A stretch of DNA of 64,000 bases from Dicyema japonicum. Lineage: Eukaryota; Animalia; Dicyemida. The DNA lies in the NCBI GenBank assembly GCA_011109175.1, contig RDEW01000006.1, positions 843,232-907,231 of the forward strand, in the 5' to 3' direction. Below, piece after piece: positions 38,991 to 52,100 of this stretch. The position numbers and the translations under genes were made by a program. Every line of letters begins with the position of its first letter. Within the stretch, counting starts at the first letter, position 1. Under the pieces are notes generated by a model. It worked only from the letters and a program-made list of their open reading frames with translations. It ran no database searches and was not told the origin of the DNA.

Positions 38991-40777
38991 TTTATCTAGA
39001 AAGGTTCCAATATTGTAATTCTATTCCCTGAAAGTATTTAAAACTATCCACATGAGAGTATAATAAAAAGGATTGCGTAACAACTGCGCCATGGAGCCGA
39101 GGGCGGTATCTTGGTTGGGATTTAACATGCATGGACACTTTCTTTGATGAATTTTGATTAAGTCATCGTTGCATGTGGGTTCCGTATCGAGCACTGATGA
39201 ATATATGAAAAGGAGGAAGTATCACGGCATTGTGAGTGGCCCGAGCACGCCTGATGTTATTATGTTAATCGAACGGTTTGTGGGGAATCGGAAGGGTGAA
39301 CCTAGAATGACGCGATGGGTTTTCCAGAACATTGGGCTCGCGATTATGAGAAATAACTCCCTTTGCTTGCCAATGCCTGCAAGTCATAATGGAGACCTGT
39401 CATAAAGACTTTATTTTATGTTAATAAATTGTTTTCCATAAAAAGGATTTAAATTTTGAATGTTTATGCTTGAAAGTTTGCTGATGGTTGAAATAACGGG
39501 TGCAGATTATTATTATAGGCACGTACGCGATGCCAAGATCATGACAAAGCATGTGCAACACGAAAAGTTAACAATCTAATTAACATCGCCCATCTTTTTC
39601 GATCCGTAGCATATCTAGATCGTCCCAATCTTTAAGGAACTCTCCAATCCTCTTGAGATCTTCATCTAGAATAACCGGCAGTGTTGTCTTCGGCCGGCCG
39701 CGAAACGAGAAGCTTCTAAGACAAAATACTCCTCCATTGCTATGTTGTGAAGGTCCCCATATCGTGGCGGAGTATGTGTTCAAAGAGCCTCCATCTTGAA
39801 TCTGTAATATCACATGATATTGGCTTAGTTCCTGTTCTCTCTTAAGATTTCGGACGGCATTTTTAAAAAGCTTCGAGAAGAAAGGAGTGCTCGAGATGAT
39901 TTCTGTGAAAAGAATTCAACTTTTCGAGTTCCTGCCTTGTACATGCCATGTACCGGCATTATATTAATAGGATTGGCCTCATTAGGCATTGTATAGTCTC
40001 ATTCGAGTTTTAGGGTCAAGCCCTTTGTGCAGAAGCCAGGTCTTCTTCATTTTGTTAAAAGCGACATTAGTTGCAGATTAATGAATTTAAATCCACGTGC
40101 TTATATAAGAGAAAATTTGAACTCAACAAAGTTTTCATTCGTGAACGTTAAATTAGAAAAATCTAAGTTATGCCAAGATGAGGTCCTTGTTGGAGTGCTT
40201 TGGGATCACGCGAATAGTTAGTTGGCCATTGCGTCGGTTCACGTATATTGCTAGTTGTTACGGGATCTCGCTTCAGTGGCAGATGTCCCCTTTGAGGACA
40301 GTAGAGTTACTCGCAAGATAGCATGGTTAACCCTCATTAATAAGGTTGTCCTTACCACTACTCATCGATCTAAACTCACTCTGTAGATGGAATTAATAAT
40401 CACTATCTCCTGAGAGAACAATTGTTGCTTCCATTGATATTTATACATCTTTCAGCTTAACATCCAGACATTGACCAACAAGATCCTCGACACGGAGATC
40501 CGTACTGGTTAATGTCGTGGTTGTTCACATTCCTTGGACGTTCCTTCATTATGTCAACTCACTCACGCTACTTACCTAATTGAGTTCCCTAAGGATTAGT
40601 TCTTTCTCCAGCTCTTTTTAATCTATATTTATCCAATCCTCCTCGGTGGACCGTAATCTCTTCTACCGCCAAATCATTTATAATTGTTTTTAAACCTTAT
40701 CGTCTCCAGTTTAACCTAGAACCCATGCTGCTTCTTAATAATACTCATCTTCCTGTGGTCAAAAAACCCAAATTATT

Positions 40778-43170
40778 GTGTCACGGTCCGTTAGTGTAAC
40801 TATGTCGTTGGTGATCCCCAACTCTATAAAATTTTTATCTTTTTATATGATAATAATAGGCTTTGTCAAAAATATCATAGAATATCAATCCATAGTGAAC
40901 ATTCTAAATGGTGATCATGTACAGACATCTTCAAGACAAGCGAAATACAAATTAATAAAAAAATCCGAGAAATTTTTTGTCATTGATGGTCGACTATACC
41001 TCAAAGACGGAAAATTTGAAAACCTGATAGACACTAAATCCCTATGCAGACTTCAGCCGCTGTTCTTCAGATAGACACAACGTTTATCAAACGAAATATG
41101 ATTTTTCTATTGGAAATGAGGTATTTTTAGTGAATAAATTTAGATACGAGTTTTAAAGGATCATGGCTAAAGTTGAGCAGATTTGAATCTCCAAATGAAG
41201 AGCTAAGTAAAATTACTCAAATTTTGTCTAAAAACCGAATAGAAGTTTATTTAATTTTTATCACCGATTAAGGCAGGATCAGGAGAATTGAAAATAGTCA
41301 ACATGAATCAAGTCAAGAAAATATAGACTAAAAAAATTCTTGATTTTTGATTAGGAAACCAATTAATGTTGATTTAATGACAGGTAACATGTCGTAAATT
41401 TTTTGATTTTTGATTAGAAACGACAGGTGACATGTTGATTGACAGGTGAAATGTAACCTGGATGGGTAGCCAGTGCGGGACGCGACATAATATCTAAAAT
41501 CACTAAATATGATGTTTTTGATAAGATTTATGCCATTTTTAGATATGTATGTTTCTCATCTGTGGGTTAAGTAACCCCGGCCTCACTAACTTGTAGGAGA
41601 CTATTAAGTAGGACGCAGCAGATGCCGGTCGCTCCCATAGATCGATCACTCCTGGCATTTTAGACGAACGTTGTGCACAGGCCAGTACACGTGAAGACTA
41701 AAGACTTTACTCCGTTGACGTCAACAAAGCTTTTGACTGTGTCAAAGAGGATTCTTACTAAGAAAATTTACCAAAGATCCCTAGAAAGCTTAAGCTCTGG
41801 TTAGCAAACTCCCTTAGCGGTTGGAGGGAAGGCATCTTCATTGAACAGTCAAGATCTATTTCCAAGATTCTTCCAATGGTGTTCCCCACGGATCCCCTTT
41901 GTCTTCATACTACTCAATCTATTCATGGCGGATCTTCCCAAGCCCGAGGTCCGAAATGATACTTTTCTGACGATATCGTCCCGTGATCGGGATACTTCGA
42001 GATTGCAACAAAATCTGGACAATGGTGTTATCCCGTTCAGAAAATCCCAAAAGATCCTTGGGGTGATTTTTGAAATGCACATGTCATTCTCTCTTCATGT
42101 TGAAAATGTAATTACAAAATGTGAAAAAACTGATGTGCTGAGATCTGGATTATGGAAGATCGGACGAACCATGCATTTCTTATGCATGTTCCATCTCGGG
42201 TCTATTCGAGGCTAGCCGAACAAGAGCCTCCAGAATTACAGAAACGATGGACTTCTGGAGAGTCCCAGTTTCCGATGCCTCTAGAATCTGGAACGTGCCG
42301 TCGTGACTAGAAAGATTCGTGCTTGTGTGGGGTTGAGGGAGGAGCATCGGGCCAATAAACAAAACAGAAAAAGCAAACAAAAACAGAGATCTAAGGACAC
42401 TCATTGAAGAATAATAACAAAAATCAGGAAATTACAAAAAACACCAATTAGAAATAGTTGACAAACCCTATCTGAAAATCTCGATAATTTGAGAGAGTTG
42501 CAAAGAAGAGAGGCACCTGTAAGGTGTGGAACAGAATTGTCATTTATGCGGCACAAAAGGAGCTTAATTAACTTTATGACTTATCGGGAGTGCAATTATT
42601 AATAAGGGCTTATATTTTACGTTTTTTGTGAAGAACACGAATTAGTGAGAAAAACAATAGAGGTGTCCTTAAAGTCACAATTTATTAGTCAGAACATAAT
42701 TTAATCACTTCAATAGAGACCCACTATTTTCAAAAATGAGCTGAAGTATTACAGGGTTGGTAGGAATTTGATTGAGATAGTTATCTCAAATTGTGCATTT
42801 TGTCAAGTATTTTGTTTTTTTGTTCCCACAGTCAAAAAAATACTGAGCACGAAACCGCCTATAACACCGATCTTAGCTAAAAAGGGTCGCTATATTGCTG
42901 ACTTAATCGAGCTAAGGAGATACTCAGAAATGAATGATGGATATTCATGGATATGATTTACTGATGTTAGAGTTTAGATTTTGTTGTTGGACTCTCAAAA
43001 TATATTATGTTGAGCTGGCTAAAAATAAACGAGTCGAAGAAATTGTAGCCCTTTTCAAAAATATGCTTTTTATGTAGGATCACCATTGATCTTGCGTAGA
43101 GGATTTATACAGAAAACACTCCATAAAAAATATCCGAGGTTGGTCATTCATTAGGACGATCCTAAACTAT
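40778..43170 (+). mobile_element. Ginger/KRBA2-like integrase remnants interleaved with a LINE RT remnant
   Basis: FFVIDGRLY; FSIGNEV..ILSKNRIEV; subterminal gacaggt(a/g)acatgt repeats at 41379-41455; CAFCQ..KPPITPI..RYIADLIELRRYSEMNDGYSW; LINE DVNKAFD at ~41720. Confidence 0.6.
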
Positions 43171-44080
43171 GTTTCCCCAAACTGGGCCCCATGTATATCA
43201 CTCTCCTCCTATAAAAGTTTCAGCAGGACAAAAATTCAGAACTGAGAGCTATAACTGACTGTTTGAAATATCTCACGTTGGGCACTTACTTGGGAGTCGA
43301 AGATCCTGCCTTTGAGTGACCACCTTGAAATGAGAAGCTTACAATATATCAGACAATCCCTTGACCCAAACCACCCAACCTTCCCATCAGTTAAATCCAC
43401 TAACCGCAAACACATATGGACAACCTTCACTAATCTCCAAAGAGCATTCAGAAAAATTCTCCCTCCGCCAAAAGACGAAACTTGACCAAAAGCATACATG
43501 ACTTCGTATCTGAATTGCTTCTTCCGATAGTCGTCAGACTGAAACTTTCTCGTTTAAAATCATCATCTAGCTGAGAGAGTAGGTCAAGATCTCTTCTTGC
43601 TCTGGACCAACAGGGCTCGACGTGATTGTAATGGATCTCTGTGAGCGTCCTGCCTTGGAGGCCCGCTGATTTTCATTAAAACGTGCCTAAATATGAAAAG
43701 TATAAATATCTTCTTAGCCTATTGGAAATTCTTCCCAACGAATTTAAGAAATGATACATAGAGTACCAAGCTCCATCTACCAAAAAAGAATGAGCATTGC
43801 CGGGAAAATGGCGATTTCAAGCAGCTGAGAGAACCATTTCAGTTATCTGGGGTCTCTGAGTCGCGATTGCATTCCCAATTTCACAGATAACTCCTTTACT
43901 TATTTTTTCCAACCGTTCAGGGGTTTCGAAGGCGATTTTGACGAGTACTAAGTACTTATCAATTTCATTTGTCCGATAGAGTTGGAATGGGCACAAACAG
44001 CGAAGTGTTAGTAAAGGAACGTCACTCAATCAAAACGTTAATAATCCTAAAAAAATTAAATTATATTAAGAGTAGACAAA

Positions 44081-47000
44081 TCAATTGCTTGTAAATCTAA
44101 TAAGTAATTCTGGAGATCGGTATATCATAATAAGTGTGGCATACAGATATTCCTCCAATTCAAGTTCCCCAAATTCCCTTGCATTGGAGATATCAGTACA
44201 TAACTGTATTATACCGTCCACATTAGGCAATTGATGGTACATAATTTTTTTCGGCGCCTCAACAATGTAAGTACGCATAAAACGAGAAATTACAATGACG
44301 ACGTAGGCATACAAACCAATTATTCTTAATTTAAATAACCAAACTCACCCAAAATTTGTTATAACGGAATAGCTTTTCGATGAAATACGAGAACTAAACG
44401 CCAAAAAGTGAATTTTCGAAGAATTTTCAACACTCAATTCCCACCATTCCTCTCGGTTATCCGTTTTATACGAATTTACGGCAACATTGCTCCAAAAATC
44501 ATCCCGACTATTAACACCAGATGGCATCCAACCGGGATAACTGCACCCATCTTTGTTAATAACAATATATTTGGGGAGGAAACGATCCAATGTGCTACAA
44601 ATAAAAAAAGCAGTACAATGAAAAATTCCCATTCAAGCTAAGATTGCTTGCGAGTTCTAGTCGGTTTATAGTATTTACTGATTATGTGAATTTACAGTGA
44701 GCAATGTAATATTGGTTTTTGGCGAAGCTTCATACTTACAAATAAGAGGTACCGGTCAATGGTGATGTCAACCTGGAATGAAAGGGGATCAACTGATTTC
44801 AGCACATTAATGATGTTATCACGACCAAAGTTCTTTATGGTCCAGTAGGATGTCCTATTTGTGTGGAATATTAGATAGAGACGTCCTCTGGTGAATACTG
44901 ACTGACAAAGTGTCTCTAAGCGTAAACACTTGAATAAACCGGTAAAGTCAATTCAGAGTACTCTAAAGCGGTGAACGGCCGAATATCATCGTCTGTTACT
45001 TTAAGAAGCGACTAAATTAACAAAAAGCTAGCAACCTCAAATTGTGTCAAAGAAAACTTCAAAGTGGCCAGTTTTGGTGGAGCCGGGTCGAGAATATTAA
45101 ACGAAAAGAGGAGCAGGGGAAACCAGACAATCAGAATAATAAATATGATAAGAAATCCACCAGTAAGGAACTTGTACAGGCTTCCCAGAGCCTCTCCAGC
45201 ATATTGAACATAACGCTATAAATAAGCCAAAAGCATACGTTTTCCTGCTGTCTATAGCACTTGATAACAAATGCCTCTTCGTATATATTCTGAACCTGAA
45301 TCCAATCAAACAAGGAGAGTGATGTCCTCGTGAGGGCCCAATCCATAGTCATTCTAATTTCATGCAAAAAGGGAATCACCATGTATCTAAAATATAATAG
45401 AATACCAACATCTTATAAAAGACAAGTAGAGTGTACGTGTATTGCCTGGTAAAGAAGAGTCTCAGAATTTGTCTGGGGTAGTTACTACGGATCTGCATGG
45501 CCGATATGAACAAATAAATGGATTTGAAAACGTACCACAGCATAGCAGGAATATTTTTATCAATCGGTCTAGCAATAATAAACTCCACAACATCTTAGTA
45601 GTCCATGGGAGAATGATAAATATCCACACGTGCACACCCAGGACAGTGACGACGTAAAATATAAGCTTTTTTATAACAGATTTGTTCAAATAAATTATTC
45701 GATCGACAACGATTAGGAAGAACTCAACAATCAGCAGAATCAAGAAAGTAACGGGGATCTAGGCATTACAAGCACATTACTCTATTGGACAAAATATATT
45801 GCTGAACTTGGGTTTGGGATTCCTAAAATGTGAATGACAAACAAACATATTGACTGAATCCCCAAAAACCGAATATTGAAACGACCAATGTTAAAAAGTC
45901 AAAAATGAACATTCCAAAGTAATAGTCACGTTCAATAAGCACGACTGGCTGAATCACATTCTCATATAAAGAACAGAACAATCTTGTGCTCACTAAAACT
46001 CAATACTGCGTTATTCTGTTTGATTTCATGGTTCCATCAGTTTGGTCATTCACGGATGTTGGTTCTACATTCGTTGGTTCCACGTCTGGTAGATCCACAT
46101 CTGCTTGCTCAGAGTTACCCAAATGTTGACTATTCACCTCTTCTGAGGATGCAAATAAAAATTACCATTTTGATTGACCTCATTTTCTTGTTGAGTATTC
46201 ATTGATTCCTCATTCCAAAGTCCAGTGTGCTAGGAATATAAAAATCAGCAACCTGTAAGCCTAACCTGTGAAAGTAAAGGATAGAAAGCAGAAAAATATC
46301 AAAGGCAATCAAATCAGTGATGGAAGAAGGGGAAAATAGAATACTCTCCACGGACATCTGTGACTGGGACAACAGAGAACTGTCCATTAAATACCTGAGA
46401 ATGAATTTGCAGGAAATAACTCCCTATCCAGTAAAACCACGTCAATACAGTAGTAAAGTATATTGAAATCATCCAAAACATCCTACTGGGACGCGGAGAC
46501 TTCAAGAAAGCATACAAAAAGAGAATCAATGAAAATGGAATGGAAAATGGAAGAGGGTTGACCAGCTGATTAAGTCCAATAATGAAATAGCAGAGGTACT
46601 CCGTCTGTGAGGTCAGGAAACGTAAAAAGTGCATTAAAGTATTGGAGAACAAATCCCAACTACTGGAAAATCAAACAAGTCAGTACTCGAAGAAATTGAG
46701 GTTCCTTTTAAATTGGCAAAAATCTTCATCCTCAGTCTCAACCTCTGTGTATAGACTCCGAAACTATCAAATAAGGATAACTAAAACCGCCATTCTCTTA
46801 ATCTTGTACACTTCCCTCTGAAAAGAGAATGGAAGAATCACACAGTTTGAGTAATCCAAGCACAACTCCCTCAATTTCCACAAAAAATTATTGATGAATA
46901 TCTGTTAACTCACAACTACATACCTTTCCACTTTCTCTATTTCTAATTACTATCGAAATCGGAGATTCTGTTTCTGTTTCCTTATCTCCACTTGTCTGTT

Positions 47001-50000
47001 GTTAACACGCATATATAACCTTTTCATTCCTCATCTTTTGGTTATGAGAAATCAAAAATTCAAAAAATTCAGTGTTCCAAGATCTGATGACTAAAAGTAG
47101 AATAAACGTGAACCCTCAAAATGAGTCACCGGCACACGGTCGTTGTGTTTATGTACATTCTCTTGAATATTTTGAATGTTATTCTTAATTTCGTTAAAGA
47201 CACGATCAGCCTCGATTTTTTCCTTTTCATTCTTTTCCCTTTTCATTTTTTCAATTTCCATAAATTTACTAAACGTCACAACAACAGGCATAACCTGGGA
47301 GCCAAGGAAATGTTTACACTCTGATCATACATGAGATAGTAGAACGATGACGAACGGAATATATTTCTCTGAAGACTAAGAAGGAGAAAGCACGAAATGT
47401 CCAGTCCAATGTGGGAGAAGGGGAAATCTAATAATATAGCACAGAGGTTACAAGTAATTATCCTAAGCCGGTACATTTGATCAAAAATGCTATATTTATC
47501 CCCGAGGAACGAATAGCACCCCTAAAATGTATAAAAATATCATACAGCAATCACTACTTTGATACTTATAGCCAAGAAAACTAGGAAAGTTGTGGTATTC
47601 CACCTAATATAAGCAGGCAATAAACTGTCTTATCAGTGTCGGAATATGCTTGTGCATCAAGTTGGAGTAGAAGACAACCATGCTGAGGCTTGATGATAAA
47701 TACAGAAGGGAAATGAGCGATAGATCGGTGAATGTAGTCGCCAACATGAAAACTAAGCCCAAATACGGACTTACTGTCAAAAAAGCACATTTTGTAAAGT
47801 CAAAAACATTCCTTTAATGATAAACAAGACAAACCGTTTATTCGACACGAAATCATGCCGTTTTACGATATCAACGCCAATCTGATAAGTCTGAGTCTGA
47901 GAAATGAAAACGCTGCCAAATTTCTTGATAATTGAGTCCAGAATGGCGAAGTAAAACCAAATTATAGAATCGACTGGCAATAATGCACATAAATACCATA
48001 AAATGATGGAGAAAATAGGTCAAAATCGTAAGATGGAAGCATCATCCATTTATGTACTGATAGAGAAAGTCGACTCCACGGGTACTCTAGAGTCATCCCC
48101 CATATTACCCATGCAAGAAATTGGAGGGAATCCACAAAACGACCAAATATTGTACAGAATTACAAAAGAGAGGATTGTGTTGAATACTCGCCAACAAAGA
48201 ATAAGACCTTGGGCGGGGCAAAATGTGACGAAAATAAGGACAATCAAATAAACCACGGAAATGAGATCAGAGTGAAGATATACTCCAAGGCAGAGGAAAC
48301 ACTGCCCAAACTACAACTAAATCAAGTCAAATTACGAATAATCCATTTTTAACAATTGCAAATTCGATGATATATTTTAAAGTCTGAGAAAAGCTCGTGC
48401 AGTCAGTAAAAATATTTATGTCTTCAAAAATCCTCTTTTTTACTGGATGACTGACTACTCTTCGCTGAAAATTGAAGAAGGCCTGGACAGTGGCCACAGC
48501 CAGCACAACAAAGTCCACCTAAAATTAATAGGGAAAACAACAGGGACACGACTTTGCTTCGAAACTCCGAACCATTTCGCCGAATTGTTGTTAAAATTGG
48601 TTAAATTGATTAAATTCTTATAAAATGACAAAAATTAATACAGGACAGTTGAAAATGAACATATTTTCATCCACAACGGGAATTGAATAGACAAATTTGA
48701 CGAAAATGATTGTAATGGACCAAAACATCATAATCATCCCCAAGTATTTGTCGATTTTGTGAAAGTGGAAGTACAACATGATGGCGACAATATAGGACAG
48801 ACTTATGGGGGAGTGCTATAGGAGTCGCAAGAAGATTAAACCTCGTAGCAAGACACCAAAATAGCAGTAATGATGACAAGTGAGTTTATGTGAAGACGGA
48901 AAAGCAAATGCACAATATTAAGAACAGATTTTATGTTTTCGATAAGCCAGTGCATACAAGTCGATCCTTAAATTTGATAAACTGACCACCTGGACAAAAA
49001 TCGGGAGAAGGCTGGGGTTCTGAATTTCTGGGTGGTCTAAGGTTAGATTGGACAAAACTTTGTGATAAAATTAACAAATTCGTCATTGCACGAATATATT
49101 TGAATAAACAGCGCAAGAATAGAGAAGCATGGCATCATTCTAAGAATAAACAGTCTGTCTGTGTTCTCATTACTGATAAATCCAATGGCACTCAAAGTTT
49201 CCTTGTTAAGAGAAGTAGCCGTAGACCAATGTTGAAAAAAGAATCGAATTTGCATGTGTAAAGCAGAATAGTCACCATTATGGACAAAATTGTAAAAAAC
49301 CACCAGGATAATGAGAGCAAGTTAAGCCAACGTGCGGGAGCAGCCTACAATAAATCAGACAAAAACCCGAAAAAAGAAGATAAAGCCGAGTACAAACAGC
49401 AAATATAGTGAACTTATTGCGGTCGGTTCTGGGTAGTAGGCGGTCAAAAGAAGGATAAAAATTGTTACAAACCCCCACATACGTATTATGACATGAAATA
49501 CGTCTTAAATTATCAGTAACAGTACTAGAAAAGAAGTTGAGAGCAAAGTCCGTTTGGGTAGTTTCCTCTGACTCCATAAGCAGTGAACATTCTGAGCTGA
49601 GAACTCTCCTAGAAAGTTTGGCCGAGAGAGAAAAGATATAAAAGCATATAAACTACAAATAAGTGACCCAACAACTTGAGCGACAATAATCACAGTGGGG
49701 TACTTGTACCTAAAGAACCCTATCTCAACAAAATGTGGGACAGTTTCGTTATACGAGGACCACTTTGGAAAAACCTGAAAATGAGTAATGTAAGTCATTG
49801 TGAGTAGAATAAAGGACAATGACCACGAGTTTTGATATCATGGCATAGGAGATCGCGTTCTTGCAGGCAACAAAGTCCATGAGAAGGAAAAATAGGGCGA
49901 TCCAGCCATGGCAAAAAACACCCAACAACTAAAAATAGTACAACAGGCATACAAGCATCGTCACGAGAGACAGAATATGAAAGTTTTTGGAAAGAAACTG

Positions 50001-51096
50001 CTTTAGAAGGATGAATCTTACGTGAACTCGCTCGTAAAACTGTACCCCCAATCTAGTAGACATCAATCTGAGACGACCTTCCTCCTAATGAAGCTTTAAA
50101 GAGTACACAAACCTCGTAAAAATTAATGAAGGTGAAGGAAAAGGCAGATATCAGGTTTAACAGGGGAAGCAGAATAATGTACAAAAAATTGGAAAATTTG
50201 ATCGAAATGTAAATAAATTTTGTTGGATTCATGCAGTCGTATTTGAAAAACACAGGGGGAGAGACCAAACTAGAAATATTGATAGACACGACCTTATCCA
50301 CTTGGAGTCGGTGAACTGAAAAGTCTTGATGTTCCACAAATACGTCAAAATTATAAGAAAAATTGTATAGAAATAGAGAAAACGGGAAATGGCGCAGAAA
50401 CGGGGGACATTTATAGTTTTGTAGAAGGCAAAAACGACGCCCATGAAGATGAGGACAAAAAAGAAGGGAATGCTCGTAAGACTCACGTAACATGAAGTGC
50501 ACAATATTAGAGTAATCATGGTGAGAGTCTTTGCGATCACTAAACGTCCTTTAAGGAGTTTTCTGCGGTGGCTCTGATCTGAGGACAAATGGCTTTGAGT
50601 GATAGACACTGAAGTCTCGTCTTTCCGAAAAACGAAAACAAAGGAGACTGAAAAAAAGGCAATGAGGCAGTCGAAGATGTATATTCTCACGACTTCACTC
50701 AGTAAGCTGTTTCTGAGACTGCGGTTAATCACAAATTTACTTGTAAAACCCAAAATCTGATAAGATGAGATCAAACAATGAACATCGTCTCACATAATAC
50801 TCTTTCCTGTAAAACAAGATTGTGTAAAATATTAAGTGAGAAATTAGAGAGGCCGTGGAGAATGCGAAAATTCCCACATTTAGCCATAATTTGTGAACTT
50901 TGATATAAATTAGACAATACCCTTCTTTTTGCTGTTAAATAATATCAATGTCCAAAGACAGAAAGAAAGTATGTAAAATGTGTTCAAATAGTTGAATCGG
51001 AAGAAAAGTGCTAAAACTTAGTCATTTCGACGAACCAAGCAGTATTGATAGAATGGTCAATCCTTCAAAAACGGAAACTATTCCGCAGTAAACCAT
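44081..51096 (-). CDS. PIEZO: Piezo mechanosensitive channel, ~2000 aa, ~40 micro-introns
   Basis: N-terminal LLAALFFRFNYLN; PPISCMEYPW; DRIIYL; PFLHEIRMTMDWALTRTSLSLFDWIQVQNIY; IVWFPLLLFS; FLPKYI; IIGLYAYVVIVISRFMR..LPNVDGIIQLCTDISNAREFGELELEEYLYATLIMIYRSPELLIRFT. Introns traced are GT-AG, mostly 22-28 nt. About 3 single-base indels (near 44875, 49235, 49810). Confidence 0.96.
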
Positions 51097-51254
51097 AACC
51101 TAAAAATCTTTGAAAATTTATGTAAATTTATTTAAATTTCAAAATTATTTTAAAATTATTAATATTTATTGATAATTAATAGAATGTTTTTCATATCGAT
51201 TAAAGGATTATTTTTACTTACATTCTGGGTTTATTAATAATTTAATTTCTAAAA

Positions 51255-52100
51255 CATTATATGCGGACCGATATACAAAAGGCCTTCGACTCGGTCTTGA
51301 GGACTCACTTTACAAAAAAGATCTTCGATTCCAATATCAACCCAAACCTTATCTCTGTCTGGAAAACTTCCTGTTCGGCAGCAGGTCGTGAATGGAGTCC
51401 GCAAGGCTCTCATTTTTCCATATTCAATTTGTTCCTTCAGATGTCTCACAGATTTACGACCTGAACACATCATTCTTGCTTATGCAGATGCTATTATCAT
51501 CGCTTCATGGAATAGTTCCCACTCCATGGCGGTTTCGGTTGTCAAAGCATACCTGGATCGTATAATTAATTGGCTTCATCATAAAAAAACTAACTTTACT
51601 ATATTCACGTCGGATTGCCGCTACAAGAATGATCTCGAGGTCTACCTGGTATATATGCCTATAACTGTTTCAAAGAACTCAAAAAATCATTGATGTTACT
51701 TTTGATTCACCGATGACCTTCACAAGGTATGCCGAATCCTGACGAAGTACTCTATAGGTTAAATGTCCTCAAGGAAAGTATGCACTTTCAGCATCGTTTA
51801 TGGAAAAAAAATCTGCTCCTTAAAAGTGAAGACTCTACACTTGTTACAGTCGAACAGATCCTACCCTCGTCAATTTATTATCGGTATCGTCAATACGGAA
51901 GAATGGCCGCAGCTTTCTCCAGACATCCGTCCCCTATCGACTTCTTGTATAGGCACAAGAGCAAACACTTCCGTGAATCGATGTGGTCCCTCGATGAGTA
52001 TAAATGGGTGAGGGTAATAAGGGGAACCGGAATCACCTAATTAGTTCGGTTACTATTACTTTCTTTCTCTGAGTTTCCTGGGGTTATATAAATAAATAAA
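51255..52100 (+). mobile_element. Ingi/Vingi-like LINE 3' half, deleted
   Basis: DIQKAFDSV, GVRK(PQ)G, AYADA, ends GTGIT* followed by ggggttatataaataaataaa. Confidence 0.8.

Noticed and set aside
39193-39212. CTGATGA..GAAA hammerhead core
   Set aside because: No flanking stems; lies in CRE coding remnant.
4404-44695. Stop-codon reassignment as explanation for in-frame TAA/TGA in genes
   Set aside because: Genes end in both TAA (MRPS26, BTAF1) and TGA (PIEZO, TIM9), and nearly all internal stops fall within micro-introns.
3197-49810. Single-base frameshifts in TIM9, BTAF1, PIEZO and SLC35A as programmed frameshifting or RNA editing
   Set aside because: They mostly sit in homopolymers or doubled bases, typical of long-read consensus errors.
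51097-51221. Unpaired acceptor 3 nt before the PIEZO ATG suggesting spliced-leader trans-splicing
   Set aside because: A perfect GTAAGT donor at 51221 could form a 122-nt 5' UTR intron, and other genes show no consistent pattern. Undecidable without cDNA.
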